The notes under the pieces are model-generated. The model searched no databases. It saw only the letters and a program-made list of their open reading frames with translations, and was not told the origin of the DNA. Of a stretch of 64,000 bases of DNA, positions 48,666 through 58,683 are shown piece after piece. The position numbers were made by a program, and so were the translations under genes. Source of the DNA: Candidatus Falkowbacteria bacterium (GTDB lineage: Bacteria; Patescibacteriota; Patescibacteriia; CAIXNZ01); contig CAVZGV010000006.1 in assembly GCA_963774955.1 (NCBI GenBank), forward strand, positions 159,224-223,223. Direction: 5' to 3'. How positions within the stretch are numbered: position 1 is the stretch's first letter; each line of letters starts with the position of its first letter.

Positions 48666-49673
48666 TTACTTGCCGTATTGTTTTTTATAATATTCTTGAT
48701 ATTCCCCTGATTTTACCCGTTGCCACCACGGTTCATTATTTTTATACCAGTCAATAGTTTGTTTTAAACCATCAGCCAAACTGACCAAAGGCTCCCAGCC
48801 CAATTCTTGCTTAGCTTTAGAATAATCCATCGCATAACGCAAATCATGCCCGGGGCGGTCTTTGACATATTCAATCATCTCCTCGCCGCTACCCATTAAA
48901 CCCAAAATCTTTTTAGTCAGCTCGATATTGGTAATTTCACTATTTCCGCCGAGACAATATGTCTGGCCGCTTTTACCTTTCTGAATAATAGCATCAATAC
49001 CTCGGCAATGATCGGCCACAAAAATCCAGTCACGCACATTTTTACCGTCACCGTAAACCGGTACTTTTTTATTGGCCATTAAGTTGGTTATAAAAAGCGG
49101 GATCATTTTTTCCGGGAAATGGTAGGGCCCGTAATTATTGGAACAATTGGAAATGGTAATGGGCAAGCCATGGGTGTAATGATAAGCCCGCACCAGATGA
49201 TCAGAAGCGGCCTTAGACGCTGAATAAGGGTTGCGGGGGTTATAATGGGACTTTTCAGTAAAAGGAGCGCCGTCAAGGCTTAAATCGCCAAAAACTTCAT
49301 CAGTGGAAATATGATGGAACCTGACTCCCCCGTTATTTTTGGCAGCATCAAGCAAGGTCATGGTCCCTTCGACATTGGTACGAATAAAATCCTTGCTAGA
49401 CATGACCGAACGATCCACATGTGATTCTGCGGCAAAATGGACGATCAAATCAACCTTGTCACTCACCAAGCCATTAACCAGTTCAAAATCACAAATATCT
49501 CCCTGAACAAATTTGTAATTGAGATTCTTCTCAATAGCCTGCAAATTCTCTGAATTACCAGCATAAGTCAGTTTATCCAGATTAACTATAAAATCATCAG
49601 GATGATTGTTCAGCCAGTAACGGACGAAATTGGAACCGATAAACCCGGCTCCGCCGGTGATAAGTAGCTTCAT
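48666..49673 (-). CDS. rfbB: dTDP-glucose 4,6-dehydratase
   Basis: GGAGFIG, AAESHVDRS, STDEV, PYSASK and DRPGHD. Confidence 0.95.
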   Translation of the reverse strand: MKLLITGGAGFIGSNFVRYWLNNHPDDFIVNLDKLTYAGNSENLQAIEKNLNYKFVQGDICDFELVNGLVSDKVDLIVHFAAESHVDRSVMSSKDFIRTNVEGTMTLLDAAKNNGGVRFHHISTDEVFGDLSLDGAPFTEKSHYNPRNPYSASKAASDHLVRAYHYTHGLPITISNCSNNYGPYHFPEKMIPLFITNLMANKKVPVYGDGKNVRDWIFVADHCRGIDAIIQKGKSGQTYCLGGNSEITNIELTKKILGLMGSGEEMIEYVKDRPGHDLRYAMDYSKAKQELGWEPLVSLADGLKQTIDWYKNNEPWWQRVKSGEYQEYYKKQYGK

Positions 49674-49815
49674 AACGTTGTATAAGGTTTTATTAGGTTG
49701 TATGAGGTTATATTAGGTTGCCATTTAAGCAACTTCATATAACTTAATAAAACATTTTTATAAAATCATGCTATAATATATATAATTTATCATATTAATT
49801 TATTAAAATCAATCT

Positions 49816-50334
49816 ATGCAAACTGCAATACGCAAGGGCTTTAGTTTTGGCTTAACCTCCGGGGTAATTACAACCTTAGGCCTTATGGTCGGCTTAAACG
49901 CCAGTACTCATTCAGAACTGGTAGTTGTCGGCGGTATTATATCAATAGCCATTGCTGATGCTTTTTCAGACGCCCTGGGTATTCATATTTCAGTTGAATC
50001 TGAAGCTAAATATTCCAAAAAACAAATCTGGGCCGCCACTGTAAGCACCTTTTTAGCTAAATTTATTTTTGCTTTAACCTTTATTGTGCCTATTTTAATC
50101 TTCAGCAATACAACCGCTATTATTATCGGGTCTGTCTGGGGCATCTTACTGCTGGCAGTCTATTCTTTTTATTTAGCCAGGCGCCAAAAAATCCAACCCC
50201 ACAAAGTAATCGGCGAACATTTACTAATTGCCATTGCCGTCATAATTATTACGCAAGTTGTCGGCACCTGGGTAAGAAATACTTTTATAATAAAAAAAGA
50301 CCCCGCGTCGCGGGGTCTTTTTTTATTTAATTAA
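49816..50334 (+). CDS. VIT1/CCC1-like membrane protein
   Basis: FGLTSGVIT, IAIADAFSDALG and multiple TM segments. Confidence 0.7.
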   Translation: MQTAIRKGFSFGLTSGVITTLGLMVGLNASTHSELVVVGGIISIAIADAFSDALGIHISVESEAKYSKKQIWAATVSTFLAKFIFALTFIVPILIFSNTTAIIIGSVWGILLLAVYSFYLARRQKIQPHKVIGEHLLIAIAVIIITQVVGTWVRNTFIIKKDPASRGLFLFN

Positions 50335-50778
50335 ATTCAAATCACCATTGATTACAATCGGCCGCATCCCCTTGATTTCCTCAAAATAACTGACGCCTTC
50401 GGGGATTGGGTTATATAAATAAATAGGCTTTTTTAACCAGAAAGCCACGCCAGCCTCCATCAAAGTATTGCCACCGATGTAATTCGTTACGCCGTTTTTA
50501 TCATAATTTAAAACTAAAATCACATCAGCCTTATCAACCTTTTCAAAATGCCACATTATGGCTTCATTTTTTCTTTGCCAAACCCAGTCTTCATTAAGAT
50601 TATTTTTCACGTCATTCTTACGTGTTTGATAATAGTCAAGAATTGAGACAGAATCTCCTTGATCATTTTTTACCCGATTAGGTGGAATTAAAACTTCATG
50701 ACCCATCTTTTCCAATTGGCTTTTAACTTCCAAAATCTGCGGATAAAATTTGATTGAAGCGCAAATAGTTATGATCAT
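50323..50778 (-). CDS. Nucleoside 2-deoxyribosyltransferase-like protein
   Basis: ITICAS, ADVILVLN, YIG.NT.ME and KPIYL. Confidence 0.65.
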   Translation of the reverse strand: MIITICASIKFYPQILEVKSQLEKMGHEVLIPPNRVKNDQGDSVSILDYYQTRKNDVKNNLNEDWVWQRKNEAIMWHFEKVDKADVILVLNYDKNGVTNYIGGNTLMEAGVAFWLKKPIYLYNPIPEGVSYFEEIKGMRPIVINGDLNLIK

Positions 50779-50789
50779 AATTCAAAATT

Positions 50790-51683
50790 TTAGACTTTAT
50801 TTTCACGCTGAGTTAGCACAAATTCTAAATCTTTTTCATACTGTTTTTTTCTTTTAGCTTTTTCCCCGATAAACTGTTTTTTACGTACTGCTAAAGATTC
50901 CTTTTCGGCAAAAATAGGGTTTTTGTCATGTTCAGCCAAAACCTCTAAAGCCTTATCTACGCCATTATAAAGTTTTTCATCTTTGGAAAATGGCTTGTCG
51001 TACTTTGTCAGATATGCAGTAACATGTTTTTGATCAACTACCCCTCTTAACATAACCTCGCCATGCCTTGGCCCAGCAATTTGTGAAACCATAGAAACTG
51101 GCACATCTAGAACTGCAACTACATTACCATACCTGGCTGCTTCATGGGGATCAGTAGTCGCGGAAACGAATGGAGAAACACCTGACCGTGAACTGCCTCT
51201 GGCATGTAAAAACTGCAATTGGGTAATAATCTCGCTGATAGGATTTCCTAAAATCACTCTTTTTTCAATTTTTGCTAAATCATTATCAAGATGTATTTTT
51301 TCATCAGGTTGTAATAACGGACGGACCCTTTCTACATATTTTAAAAATTTTTCATACGTAAGATTATTTGCCAATTCAGTGACTTCTTCTTTTAATTCTT
51401 GCAGTTTTTTTAAGTTAAAATCACCACTATGCTCAACAATTTTACGCAAAGCAAAAGGCAGCTGTTCCAAAATACTCCGGTCACATTTAACCAAACCACG
51501 ATAAACCCGAATCATTTTTTCCTTCGCAGGCTGATCTTTTTTTAAAACAATCACATCTTCAAAGATCTCATCATTTACTGAAAAATCATCATACTGAATT
51601 TGGGCCCGTGCTATCACATTCTTAACGCTGTTAGTAACAGCTGATTCACCCTCGATTTTTCTATCCTCAAAAATATTTACCAT
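50790..51683 (-). CDS. Hypothetical protein with an ADP-ribosyltransferase-like R-S-E motif
   Basis: VYRGL...PFVSATT...HGEV; paralog of 52257-53456. Confidence 0.5.
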   Translation of the reverse strand: MVNIFEDRKIEGESAVTNSVKNVIARAQIQYDDFSVNDEIFEDVIVLKKDQPAKEKMIRVYRGLVKCDRSILEQLPFALRKIVEHSGDFNLKKLQELKEEVTELANNLTYEKFLKYVERVRPLLQPDEKIHLDNDLAKIEKRVILGNPISEIITQLQFLHARGSSRSGVSPFVSATTDPHEAARYGNVVAVLDVPVSMVSQIAGPRHGEVMLRGVVDQKHVTAYLTKYDKPFSKDEKLYNGVDKALEVLAEHDKNPIFAEKESLAVRKKQFIGEKAKRKKQYEKDLEFVLTQRENKV

Positions 51684-51688
51684 ATTAA

Positions 51689-52207
51689 TTATCTATATCC
51701 AATTAAATCCTTATTATCTCTGATAGTCTTGGGCTCTAATTTTTCTGATTCCGCCGGATAGCCAAGTGGCAATAAAGCAATTGGTTTTAAATTATTCTTT
51801 AAATCGAGAGTTTTTCTAATACCTTTTTCCTTCTTATCATCTTCTGGCTTGTAACCTGATAAATAAACACTGCCTAAACCTAGATCGTAACTGGCTAAAA
51901 GGATATTTTGAGTTGCCAAGACACCATCTTCCACAAAACGTACCGGCGATTTTTCCAAATCAATACAAATTAAAATAAGAGCCGGGGCATTGATTATTAT
52001 CGGCCGATTATCTTCATGATCCAGCTCGGCTAATTTAGCTTTCAACTCCTGAGATTTTATAATAAAAAATTGCCAGGGTTGAGAATCATGGGAAGAAGGC
52101 GCATATTTAGCGGCTTCAATGATTTTTTCAATAATATCGACTGGAACTTCCTTATCGGAGAATTTACGAATTGAACGACGAGTTTTGATGCAATTTAGTG
52201 TTTCCAT
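51689..52207 (-). CDS. Nitroreductase
   Basis: RRSIRKF, APSS..QPW, LGLGS and LGYP. Confidence 0.92.
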   Translation of the reverse strand: METLNCIKTRRSIRKFSDKEVPVDIIEKIIEAAKYAPSSHDSQPWQFFIIKSQELKAKLAELDHEDNRPIIINAPALILICIDLEKSPVRFVEDGVLATQNILLASYDLGLGSVYLSGYKPEDDKKEKGIRKTLDLKNNLKPIALLPLGYPAESEKLEPKTIRDNKDLIGYR

Positions 52208-52256
52208 AGCATTAATAATGATTTAATCTTATTTTCCCCCTTAATTTTTTATTTCT

Positions 52257-53456
52257 TTACATCCCGCTTATTTGTTCCAGCACTTTTTCTTGCTTTTCAG
52301 AATCCTCCATTCTCCTTTTTTCGGTCCCAACTCTTTGCATAAGTTCAGCCAAAAACATTTCAGAAATATTCTTCTTGTCAATAATCTTAATTCCTAATTT
52401 GCCCGCAATTTCTTCTAGATACGAGCCGGGGTCATTCCCCTCATGAATGACACTTTTTAATTGAACCAACAGAGCATCAAATATTTCTTCTTTAGCTTTT
52501 GAATAAACATCATCATTTTCAGCCTGCAATTTATCAATATCTATTACAATTTGAGGAAATTCTTCTTTCAAGCGCTCGGTTCTTTTAAGTCTTACTAATT
52601 TCAAATCAATGGGCAGTTGTTTTTTATCAGCTTCATCTTCCTGAGCTAATTTTTGTTTTCTTAAAGCCACTGCCTCCTGTTCAGATACTTTTGGGACACC
52701 GATTTTCTGATCTAAAATCTTCATGGCCGTTGCCAGTTCCTGATAAAAATCTTCTGTTTTGGGATTCTGTTCATATGGCACAAAGGCTTTTATATATTTA
52801 GGATCCAAGGCCCCTTTTAAATTAAGCTCATGCCCCTCGACATTCATATCGGAAATCATTGAAAGAGGCACCTCAACAACCATCACCGCCTTGCCAAATC
52901 CAGTGGCATATTCGGCCTTCGGAACAAAAGAAATAAAAGGAGTCATACCCGAAGTAGCCTTTGCAGTACCTTCCAGTATTTGCATACGATTTATCTTATT
53001 CCTAACGCTCTCTCCTTCTAATACGCATTCTTCTACATTTCTCACCTTTTCCTCTAAGGATTTAATTTCTTGCGGTTCCAGTCTCGGCTTAGCCTTTTCC
53101 ACATAGTTTAGTAAATTCTCATATGTCGGGTTTTGAGCCAGATCATCAACTTCTGTTTTTAAATCATTCATAATCTCCAACTGCCTTTCACCGTTTTTTT
53201 CTTTAAAAGTACGCATAGCAAAAGGCACCTGCTCTAAAAGATTTTTGTCAATTTGATTAAGACCGCGATAAATACGGATAGTCGGCTCCTTTTCTTCAGT
53301 CTGCTGATCCAATATTATCAATTGATTAATATATTTTTGCGGTAAAGAGACGACCTCATGTTTAACTTTTTGCGCAGACAAAACAGCCTCAACCTGCTGT
53401 TTGATAGTTAAAGTCTGTTCTTGTCTAATGTTATTCTCTTGGGGTTGTTCTGACAT
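52257..53456 (-). CDS. Hypothetical protein with an ADP-ribosyltransferase-like motif, paralog
   Basis: IYRGL...LEQVPFA...PFISF...GHEL. Confidence 0.5.
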   Translation of the reverse strand: MSEQPQENNIRQEQTLTIKQQVEAVLSAQKVKHEVVSLPQKYINQLIILDQQTEEKEPTIRIYRGLNQIDKNLLEQVPFAMRTFKEKNGERQLEIMNDLKTEVDDLAQNPTYENLLNYVEKAKPRLEPQEIKSLEEKVRNVEECVLEGESVRNKINRMQILEGTAKATSGMTPFISFVPKAEYATGFGKAVMVVEVPLSMISDMNVEGHELNLKGALDPKYIKAFVPYEQNPKTEDFYQELATAMKILDQKIGVPKVSEQEAVALRKQKLAQEDEADKKQLPIDLKLVRLKRTERLKEEFPQIVIDIDKLQAENDDVYSKAKEEIFDALLVQLKSVIHEGNDPGSYLEEIAGKLGIKIIDKKNISEMFLAELMQRVGTEKRRMEDSEKQEKVLEQISGM

Positions 53457-53469
53457 AAATATTAATAAA

Positions 53470-53937
53470 TTATTCTATATTCGCCGGCACTTTATAAACA
53501 TATTTAACCTTATGATATTCTTTTTCATACTGCGGATCACTAACTTTTTTAACCCCTGGTAATTTTTCTGCTGCCCTGATAGAAGCTTGATTATCTAAGT
53601 CAATAGTTAAAATCACCTGGGGTAAATTTAGCTTAGCCATTAGTTCATCAGTCAATTTCCTGGCTAAACCCTGACCTCGAAACTTCGGATCAACCACGTA
53701 ATGCAGGATATTTTGGTCCTGACCAATATCATAGACGCCGACAATGCCGACTTTGTCTCCGGTCGTGCTTAAACCAGTGAAATACTTCTGATTCTCATAT
53801 GCATCATTACCAAGGGCAATCCAACCCTCTTTACCCTCCAAAAATTCAAAATATGGCTTATCAAAATCAGCCAGTTCGCCTAATTCAATCTTTTTACTCT
53901 CTTTGAATTCGCCTTTCATAGAATTTTCAATATCCAT
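53470..53937 (-). CDS. GNAT acetyltransferase
   Basis: VDPKFRGQGLA and NQASIR. Confidence 0.85.
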   Translation of the reverse strand: MDIENSMKGEFKESKKIELGELADFDKPYFEFLEGKEGWIALGNDAYENQKYFTGLSTTGDKVGIVGVYDIGQDQNILHYVVDPKFRGQGLARKLTDELMAKLNLPQVILTIDLDNQASIRAAEKLPGVKKVSDPQYEKEYHKVKYVYKVPANIE

Positions 53938-53939
53938 AT

Positions 53940-54347
53940 TTAATACTTATTAATATTTACTTTGCCCCTTAACCTTTTCTTTTCCGAAACATGTTTTTTT
54001 GATTCCAGCCTTTTTTCTTTGGAACTTCTGGTCGGTTTGGTCGCAATTCGTTTTTTCTCAGGGATCAAAGCCCAGTTAACCAACTGATTTAATCTATGGA
54101 TAACAACTTCCTTATTCTGCGCCTGGGAGCGTTCACTTTGTGAAGACATGATCAATTCACCCCTTGCAGTCAGCCTGCTGTGTAATTTGTGTAAAAGCAA
54201 ATGCTTCTGCTCAGGCGTTAAAATCTGGGAATTATAAACATCCCAGCGCAGAGTCGCTTTGGTTTCAACCTTGTTAACGTTCTGTCCTCCTTTTCCCCCG
54301 CTCCGGGAAAAAGTGACTTCCAGTTCTTTTTCCGGAATTATAAACAT
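53940..54347 (-). CDS. arfB: Alternative ribosome-rescue peptidyl-tRNA hydrolase
   Basis: SGGKGGQNVNKV, RSQ.QN and a basic tail R.ATKPT...RL..K. Confidence 0.93.
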   Translation of the reverse strand: MFIIPEKELEVTFSRSGGKGGQNVNKVETKATLRWDVYNSQILTPEQKHLLLHKLHSRLTARGELIMSSQSERSQAQNKEVVIHRLNQLVNWALIPEKKRIATKPTRSSKEKRLESKKHVSEKKRLRGKVNINKY

Positions 54348-54353
54348 AATATT

Positions 54354-54779
54354 TTAGGTTTCAGACTCAATCGCGTATTTGATCAATTGCGCCAGTTTTT
54401 CCGCCTCATCTGCGCTGTAACTCTTGCCTGGCCAGTGCTGGAGTCCGTCAGACTCTGTTCTGGGCACAATATGCCAGTGTAAATGATGGATAATCTGTCC
54501 AGCTAGCCTACCGTTATTAGCTTCCAAATTAAACGAATCTAAACCCTGAACCGCAATTACTGCCTTGGCGATTTTTTTTGTGGCAACGATCATCGCCTTT
54601 AATGTTTCGTCCTCAGCATCCAGCATATTGAATGAATGTTTTTTGGGTACCACCAGGGTATGACCGGGGTTAACAGGATGTATATCCAAAAAAGCAATTA
54701 CGTTATCGTCTTCATAAACTTTATTAGCCGGAATAATTTCCTTGATAATTTTACAAAATAAACAATCTTCGTTTGTCAT
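54354..54779 (-). CDS. HIT-family hydrolase
   Basis: CLFC, GHTLVVPK and HLHWH. Confidence 0.93.
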   Translation of the reverse strand: MTNEDCLFCKIIKEIIPANKVYEDDNVIAFLDIHPVNPGHTLVVPKKHSFNMLDAEDETLKAMIVATKKIAKAVIAVQGLDSFNLEANNGRLAGQIIHHLHWHIVPRTESDGLQHWPGKSYSADEAEKLAQLIKYAIESET

Positions 54780-54799
54780 AAAATTAAAAATTAAATAAA

Positions 54800-55426
54800 T
54801 TATTTTTCCATTGAATCAACTAATTCGGGGTAATTTATGCTGGTATATTGCCAATCTTCAGGTAAACCGTGCTTGATCTGATTATAAACAGTATAATCGT
54901 AATGAAAATCCCAATCCTTTTCCTGGTGTACAATGTTGTCATGGAAGCGGATTATGTGGTCATAGAATGATTTTTGCCATTTAAATTTTGGATGCGGATT
55001 GGGCTGACCAGAGAGGGATACAAATTGACTCCTAAAACTTTCAAACTGCTTGTCCGGATATTCGTAATCTTCGCGTCCACGTAGGCGACACGTCGGCGTG
55101 TCGCCTACGTTGGGGAGGTAATTCCCGAACGTGTAACCCATTACCACATTTATATCGCGAGAAGTATTTTCTTTCAATGACTTAATAATTTGTGAAATAT
55201 TAAAATGCTCATTGGGTCTAATTAACAAATTAACATGATCATAAATTATTGAAAAACCGTACAGTTTGAATCCCTTCAATTGTTTGCATAACTTTAAATT
55301 TTCCATGAACAAATCGCAAAATATTTGTTCCTTAAAATAAGGATAATTATCCTGCGTTTTTACCACAATGTAATAAACGGCATCTGGTACATATATTCTT
55401 TTGGGAGAATTTTTATGTAATGGCAT
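54800..55426 (-). CDS. REP-associated tyrosine transposase (RAYT, Y1/HUH) with a variant motif
   Basis: Y.I...T, DHVNLL, K..TSR, WQKSFYDHIIR and Y..YN; GTAG REPs inside and upstream. Confidence 0.8.
   Translation of the reverse strand: MPLHKNSPKRIYVPDAVYYIVVKTQDNYPYFKEQIFCDLFMENLKLCKQLKGFKLYGFSIIYDHVNLLIRPNEHFNISQIIKSLKENTSRDINVVMGYTFGNYLPNVGDTPTCRLRGREDYEYPDKQFESFRSQFVSLSGQPNPHPKFKWQKSFYDHIIRFHDNIVHQEKDWDFHYDYTVYNQIKHGLPEDWQYTSINYPELVDSMEK
55081..55108. repeat. GTAG REP inside the RAYT coding sequence
   Basis: GTAGGCGACACGTCGGCGTGTCGCCTAC, identical to 55464-55491. Confidence 0.9.
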
Positions 55427-55457
55427 ATTTCATATATCTTCTACTTCGACGCACACG

Positions 55458-55497
55458 ATTCATGTAGGCGACACGTCGGCGTGTCGCCTACATGAAT
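55458..55497. repeat. GTAG REP upstream of the RAYT
   Basis: ATTCATGTAGGCGACAC-GTCGGC-GTGTCGCCTACATGAAT. Confidence 0.9.
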
Positions 55498-55502
55498 CCC
55501 AT

Positions 55503-55955
55503 TTATTCAATTACATAAGGAGAATTTACATCCTTTTCCCACCTAATTTCATCAACCGCTTCTATCTTGCCCTCTCCCCGATATAATTTGTCCGGTAAAT
55601 TTATGGAATATGCGGGAATTTCAGAAATACATTTATATCCGTGAACCACACCAGGCGGGACCAAAACTCCGACCGGATTATTTTCTCCGACTTCAATTGT
55701 TTCCTGCTGACCAAAAGTTTTACTCCCCTGCCGATTGTCCCACAAATACAAAGTGAAATTACCCGGTCCCACAAAAATAAAAAAATCACTCTGAAACTTA
55801 TGTTCGTGCGGTCCGCGAATAACACCTGACTTGGTTACAGAAACATAACCCATAACCGGCTGATATTTAGCTTCGTCCTGACGATAAATTTCGGTCAACC
55901 AGCCGCGCTCGTCGCTAAATTTTTCTAACTTTTTTATAATTACTCCTTGTAACAT
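55503..55955 (-). CDS. rfbC: dTDP-4-dehydrorhamnose 3,5-epimerase
   Basis: DERGWL.E, RGPHEH and VPPGVVHG cupin motifs. Confidence 0.85.
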   Translation of the reverse strand: MLQGVIIKKLEKFSDERGWLTEIYRQDEAKYQPVMGYVSVTKSGVIRGPHEHKFQSDFFIFVGPGNFTLYLWDNRQGSKTFGQQETIEVGENNPVGVLVPPGVVHGYKCISEIPAYSINLPDKLYRGEGKIEAVDEIRWEKDVNSPYVIE

Positions 55956-56299
55956 AAAATTGTGAAATAATTACTAATTATCACCGTGGCCAAACCGACT
56001 AAAATCGCCAGCCAGCCGATTTGTCTGGTCAAATAAGCCGTAAAAATTCCAATAAACACCGAGAACAGTATAATCGTAGAATAATCTAAAAAATTAAGCT
56101 TTTTAACTTCTTTCTGTTCGGGCTGAAAATAAAAAATCGTTATCACTCCCAAAATTATCAGACCAAACATCAGTAAGGACAAATTAATATAATTGGTAAC
56201 AATACGGGGTTTGATGATTTCCAGCACGGCAAATATGGAAAATAAAAAATAAAGGCCCAAAAAGACAGCCCTGGCAATGGCAAAAAGCAAATTTTTCAT
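55940..56299 (-). CDS. Four-TM membrane protein
   Basis: Hydrophobic ORF within the operon. Confidence 0.65.
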   Translation of the reverse strand: MKNLLFAIARAVFLGLYFLFSIFAVLEIIKPRIVTNYINLSLLMFGLIILGVITIFYFQPEQKEVKKLNFLDYSTIILFSVFIGIFTAYLTRQIGWLAILVGLATVIISNYFTILCYKE

Positions 56300-56306
56300 T
56301 TTCGGA

Positions 56307-56909
56307 CTAAAATTGATTTTTAACATATTGAAAATAATTTAATAAATTCTGAAAAATATTATCCTGCCACAAGGGCTTTCTGCTTAAAATGACCCGGACA
56401 TTCTTCAAGTAAACGCCTTCGTCTTCTGTCTTTAAATCAGGAACAGATAACATAAATCGCAATTTGCCGTTATTTATATTCTTATCAGCCAGATCAAAGT
56501 CCACATTTTTAATTTTATAGTCTTTTGAGGCTACTGGCAAATCCTCCAAGGGCTTCAAATCCCAGCCCGCTTCGCCGCGAGGCGAGCCGGTTTTCATATT
56601 CGGTCCCAGAGAGATTTTATAACCAAATTCATTTTGATATTCAAGATAAACGGTCGCTTTTTCAAAATTACGCGGTAAATATAAATCAAAATAAATTGGC
56701 TCTGCTTTTACATAATTTATATCAGTCATGGTCACCCTATCTTGCGGTTTTAAAACGGAAAAATACGGGGTAAATTTCAAAAAATCAGTGCTAACTTCCA
56801 GCTTGCCATTCCAGGCTAAATCCATAGCCAGTAAAAACAAAATCACAGACAAAACGCCCAATCCGACAAAAAGCATAATAATTTTACTAATCACCCTGTT
56901 CAGATCCAT
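56307..56909 (-). CDS. Membrane-anchored hypothetical protein
   Basis: N-terminal TM segment followed by a beta-rich domain. Confidence 0.65.
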   Translation of the reverse strand: MDLNRVISKIIMLFVGLGVLSVILFLLAMDLAWNGKLEVSTDFLKFTPYFSVLKPQDRVTMTDINYVKAEPIYFDLYLPRNFEKATVYLEYQNEFGYKISLGPNMKTGSPRGEAGWDLKPLEDLPVASKDYKIKNVDFDLADKNINNGKLRFMLSVPDLKTEDEGVYLKNVRVILSRKPLWQDNIFQNLLNYFQYVKNQF

Positions 56910-58533
56910 AATAAGGATAAATAATTTTAAATAATCGCTCCTTTTCGTTAATATCAACGCCATCAGCCAACATTATATCAAAATCCATAATTGCAGCTGA
57001 TAAGTCATACAAAAACTGATCATCTTCAAAAGCATAATAATATATAGGTATTCCGCTAAAAACCAGGTCGGTGACGTAAATAAAGTCATCAACCGTCATC
57101 CGGCCGATCACCTTCCTTTCCGGAAAAAATATTTTATCGCTGCGCTGACTGACGATAACAGCATTGGGCTCAGTCAGGCTGACAATCTTCTTGTTAATTT
57201 CATTATAATCTCTGATATTCTTTTTAATACTCAATAAATTGTCATTGCCCAGAAAAAAAAGAGCCTCTAGCGAAAAAAACAAAACTGACAAACCCAAGCC
57301 TAAGCTTAAAATAATCCGCTTTTTTTTGGATCCAACAAGGTTAATTATTTGCCGGTAAAAAATCGCAGCCAGAGGTAAGGCCAGAATATAAACCGGCAAG
57401 AAATAACGGACATAAGAAATACCGATCCGATTCAGCTGCAAAGTCATCAAATCAACAAAAACCCAACTGCCATAATATATTATTAAATATAATGAAACGG
57501 AAATAGAAATCAAAAAATATACTGCGTGTTCTTTATTGTTATACTTTTTTATAAAGAATAATAGACCCAAAGTAGCGGCGATAAAAAGCCACCAGAACAA
57601 ACTGATAAAATAAGTATAGATGCTAACCAGTGCGGTCTTGGGATGGACGCCGAAAGGTATAATTAAAAATTTAACAAAATTTACAATATCCGCACCTGCG
57701 GTTTTAAATTCCGCTGGCAATTGACTTGTCAGGCTAGAACCATTTTCCAGCCTTAAATAGCCGAAAGACAAAAAGCTACCATAAGTAATTTGATTGTAAT
57801 ACAAGATCGGCATAAAAACCGTGACCAAAACTGTCAACCCGATCAAGACATACTGCCATTTGATTTTTTGCTTATAAATCAAAAGCAAAAATCCGACCAG
57901 ACCCAAAATCCATAAAAATTCATTAGTCCTGATGGTTAAGGCCAAACTGACCAAGAACGAACCCAAAATAATATAAAGAGTATTGTTTTGTTTAACCGCC
58001 TTATCAATTTTCAGAAGATAATAAAGTCCAATCATTAAAAAAGATAAAAAGGCGATATTGGGCAACATGCTGAAATTAGCATAATACCACCAGGCGGGAT
58101 TCAAATAAAATAAAATGGTGCTGATAAAGGCAATATTTGGCTCAAATAAACGCAACAAAATTTTATAGAAATAAAGTCCGGCCAGTACGGCCAAGAGCGG
58201 AGTTAGAAACTGAACCAAGCCGATGCCTACTATTTTACCGATCAGTCCGTAAATCAACAGCAGGCCTAAAAACGAACCCGGCACGATATTTCCCTGATAA
58301 ACATTAAAGCTGCGCGGTTTCACTAAATTGGCGGCAATTTTATTCAAAGGTTCGGCTACGCTTAAACTAGTATGTTCAATATAATTATTAATGAAAAAAT
58401 AATTGGCAGTCTCATCCGGCCAGGTATAATGGTGCCCCGAATTACCAAAAATTAAAAACGAGTAGATAAAAAAGAATATCACGGCTAAGATGGCTAAGAT
58501 CACGATTGGTTTGTTTTTCAGGTTTAAGTTCAT
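56887..58533 (-). CDS. GT-C fold glycosyltransferase (GT39/PMT-like)
   Basis: WPDE after TM1, many TM segments and RYFLP. Confidence 0.75.
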   Translation of the reverse strand: MNLNLKNKPIVILAILAVIFFFIYSFLIFGNSGHHYTWPDETANYFFINNYIEHTSLSVAEPLNKIAANLVKPRSFNVYQGNIVPGSFLGLLLIYGLIGKIVGIGLVQFLTPLLAVLAGLYFYKILLRLFEPNIAFISTILFYLNPAWWYYANFSMLPNIAFLSFLMIGLYYLLKIDKAVKQNNTLYIILGSFLVSLALTIRTNEFLWILGLVGFLLLIYKQKIKWQYVLIGLTVLVTVFMPILYYNQITYGSFLSFGYLRLENGSSLTSQLPAEFKTAGADIVNFVKFLIIPFGVHPKTALVSIYTYFISLFWWLFIAATLGLLFFIKKYNNKEHAVYFLISISVSLYLIIYYGSWVFVDLMTLQLNRIGISYVRYFLPVYILALPLAAIFYRQIINLVGSKKKRIILSLGLGLSVLFFSLEALFFLGNDNLLSIKKNIRDYNEINKKIVSLTEPNAVIVSQRSDKIFFPERKVIGRMTVDDFIYVTDLVFSGIPIYYYAFEDDQFLYDLSAAIMDFDIMLADGVDINEKERLFKIIYPYYGSEQGD

Positions 58534-58683
58534 TGATGTATGTTTATAATCCAGCGAATTACGAATTAAATACGAATATACGAATGGCGCCTAAATCCTT
58601 TAATTTCGTATATTCGTAAAAAATTCGTACTTTCGTAGGGTCTATTACCTTTTATTTTAGCAAAAATATGATAAAATGAAAAC

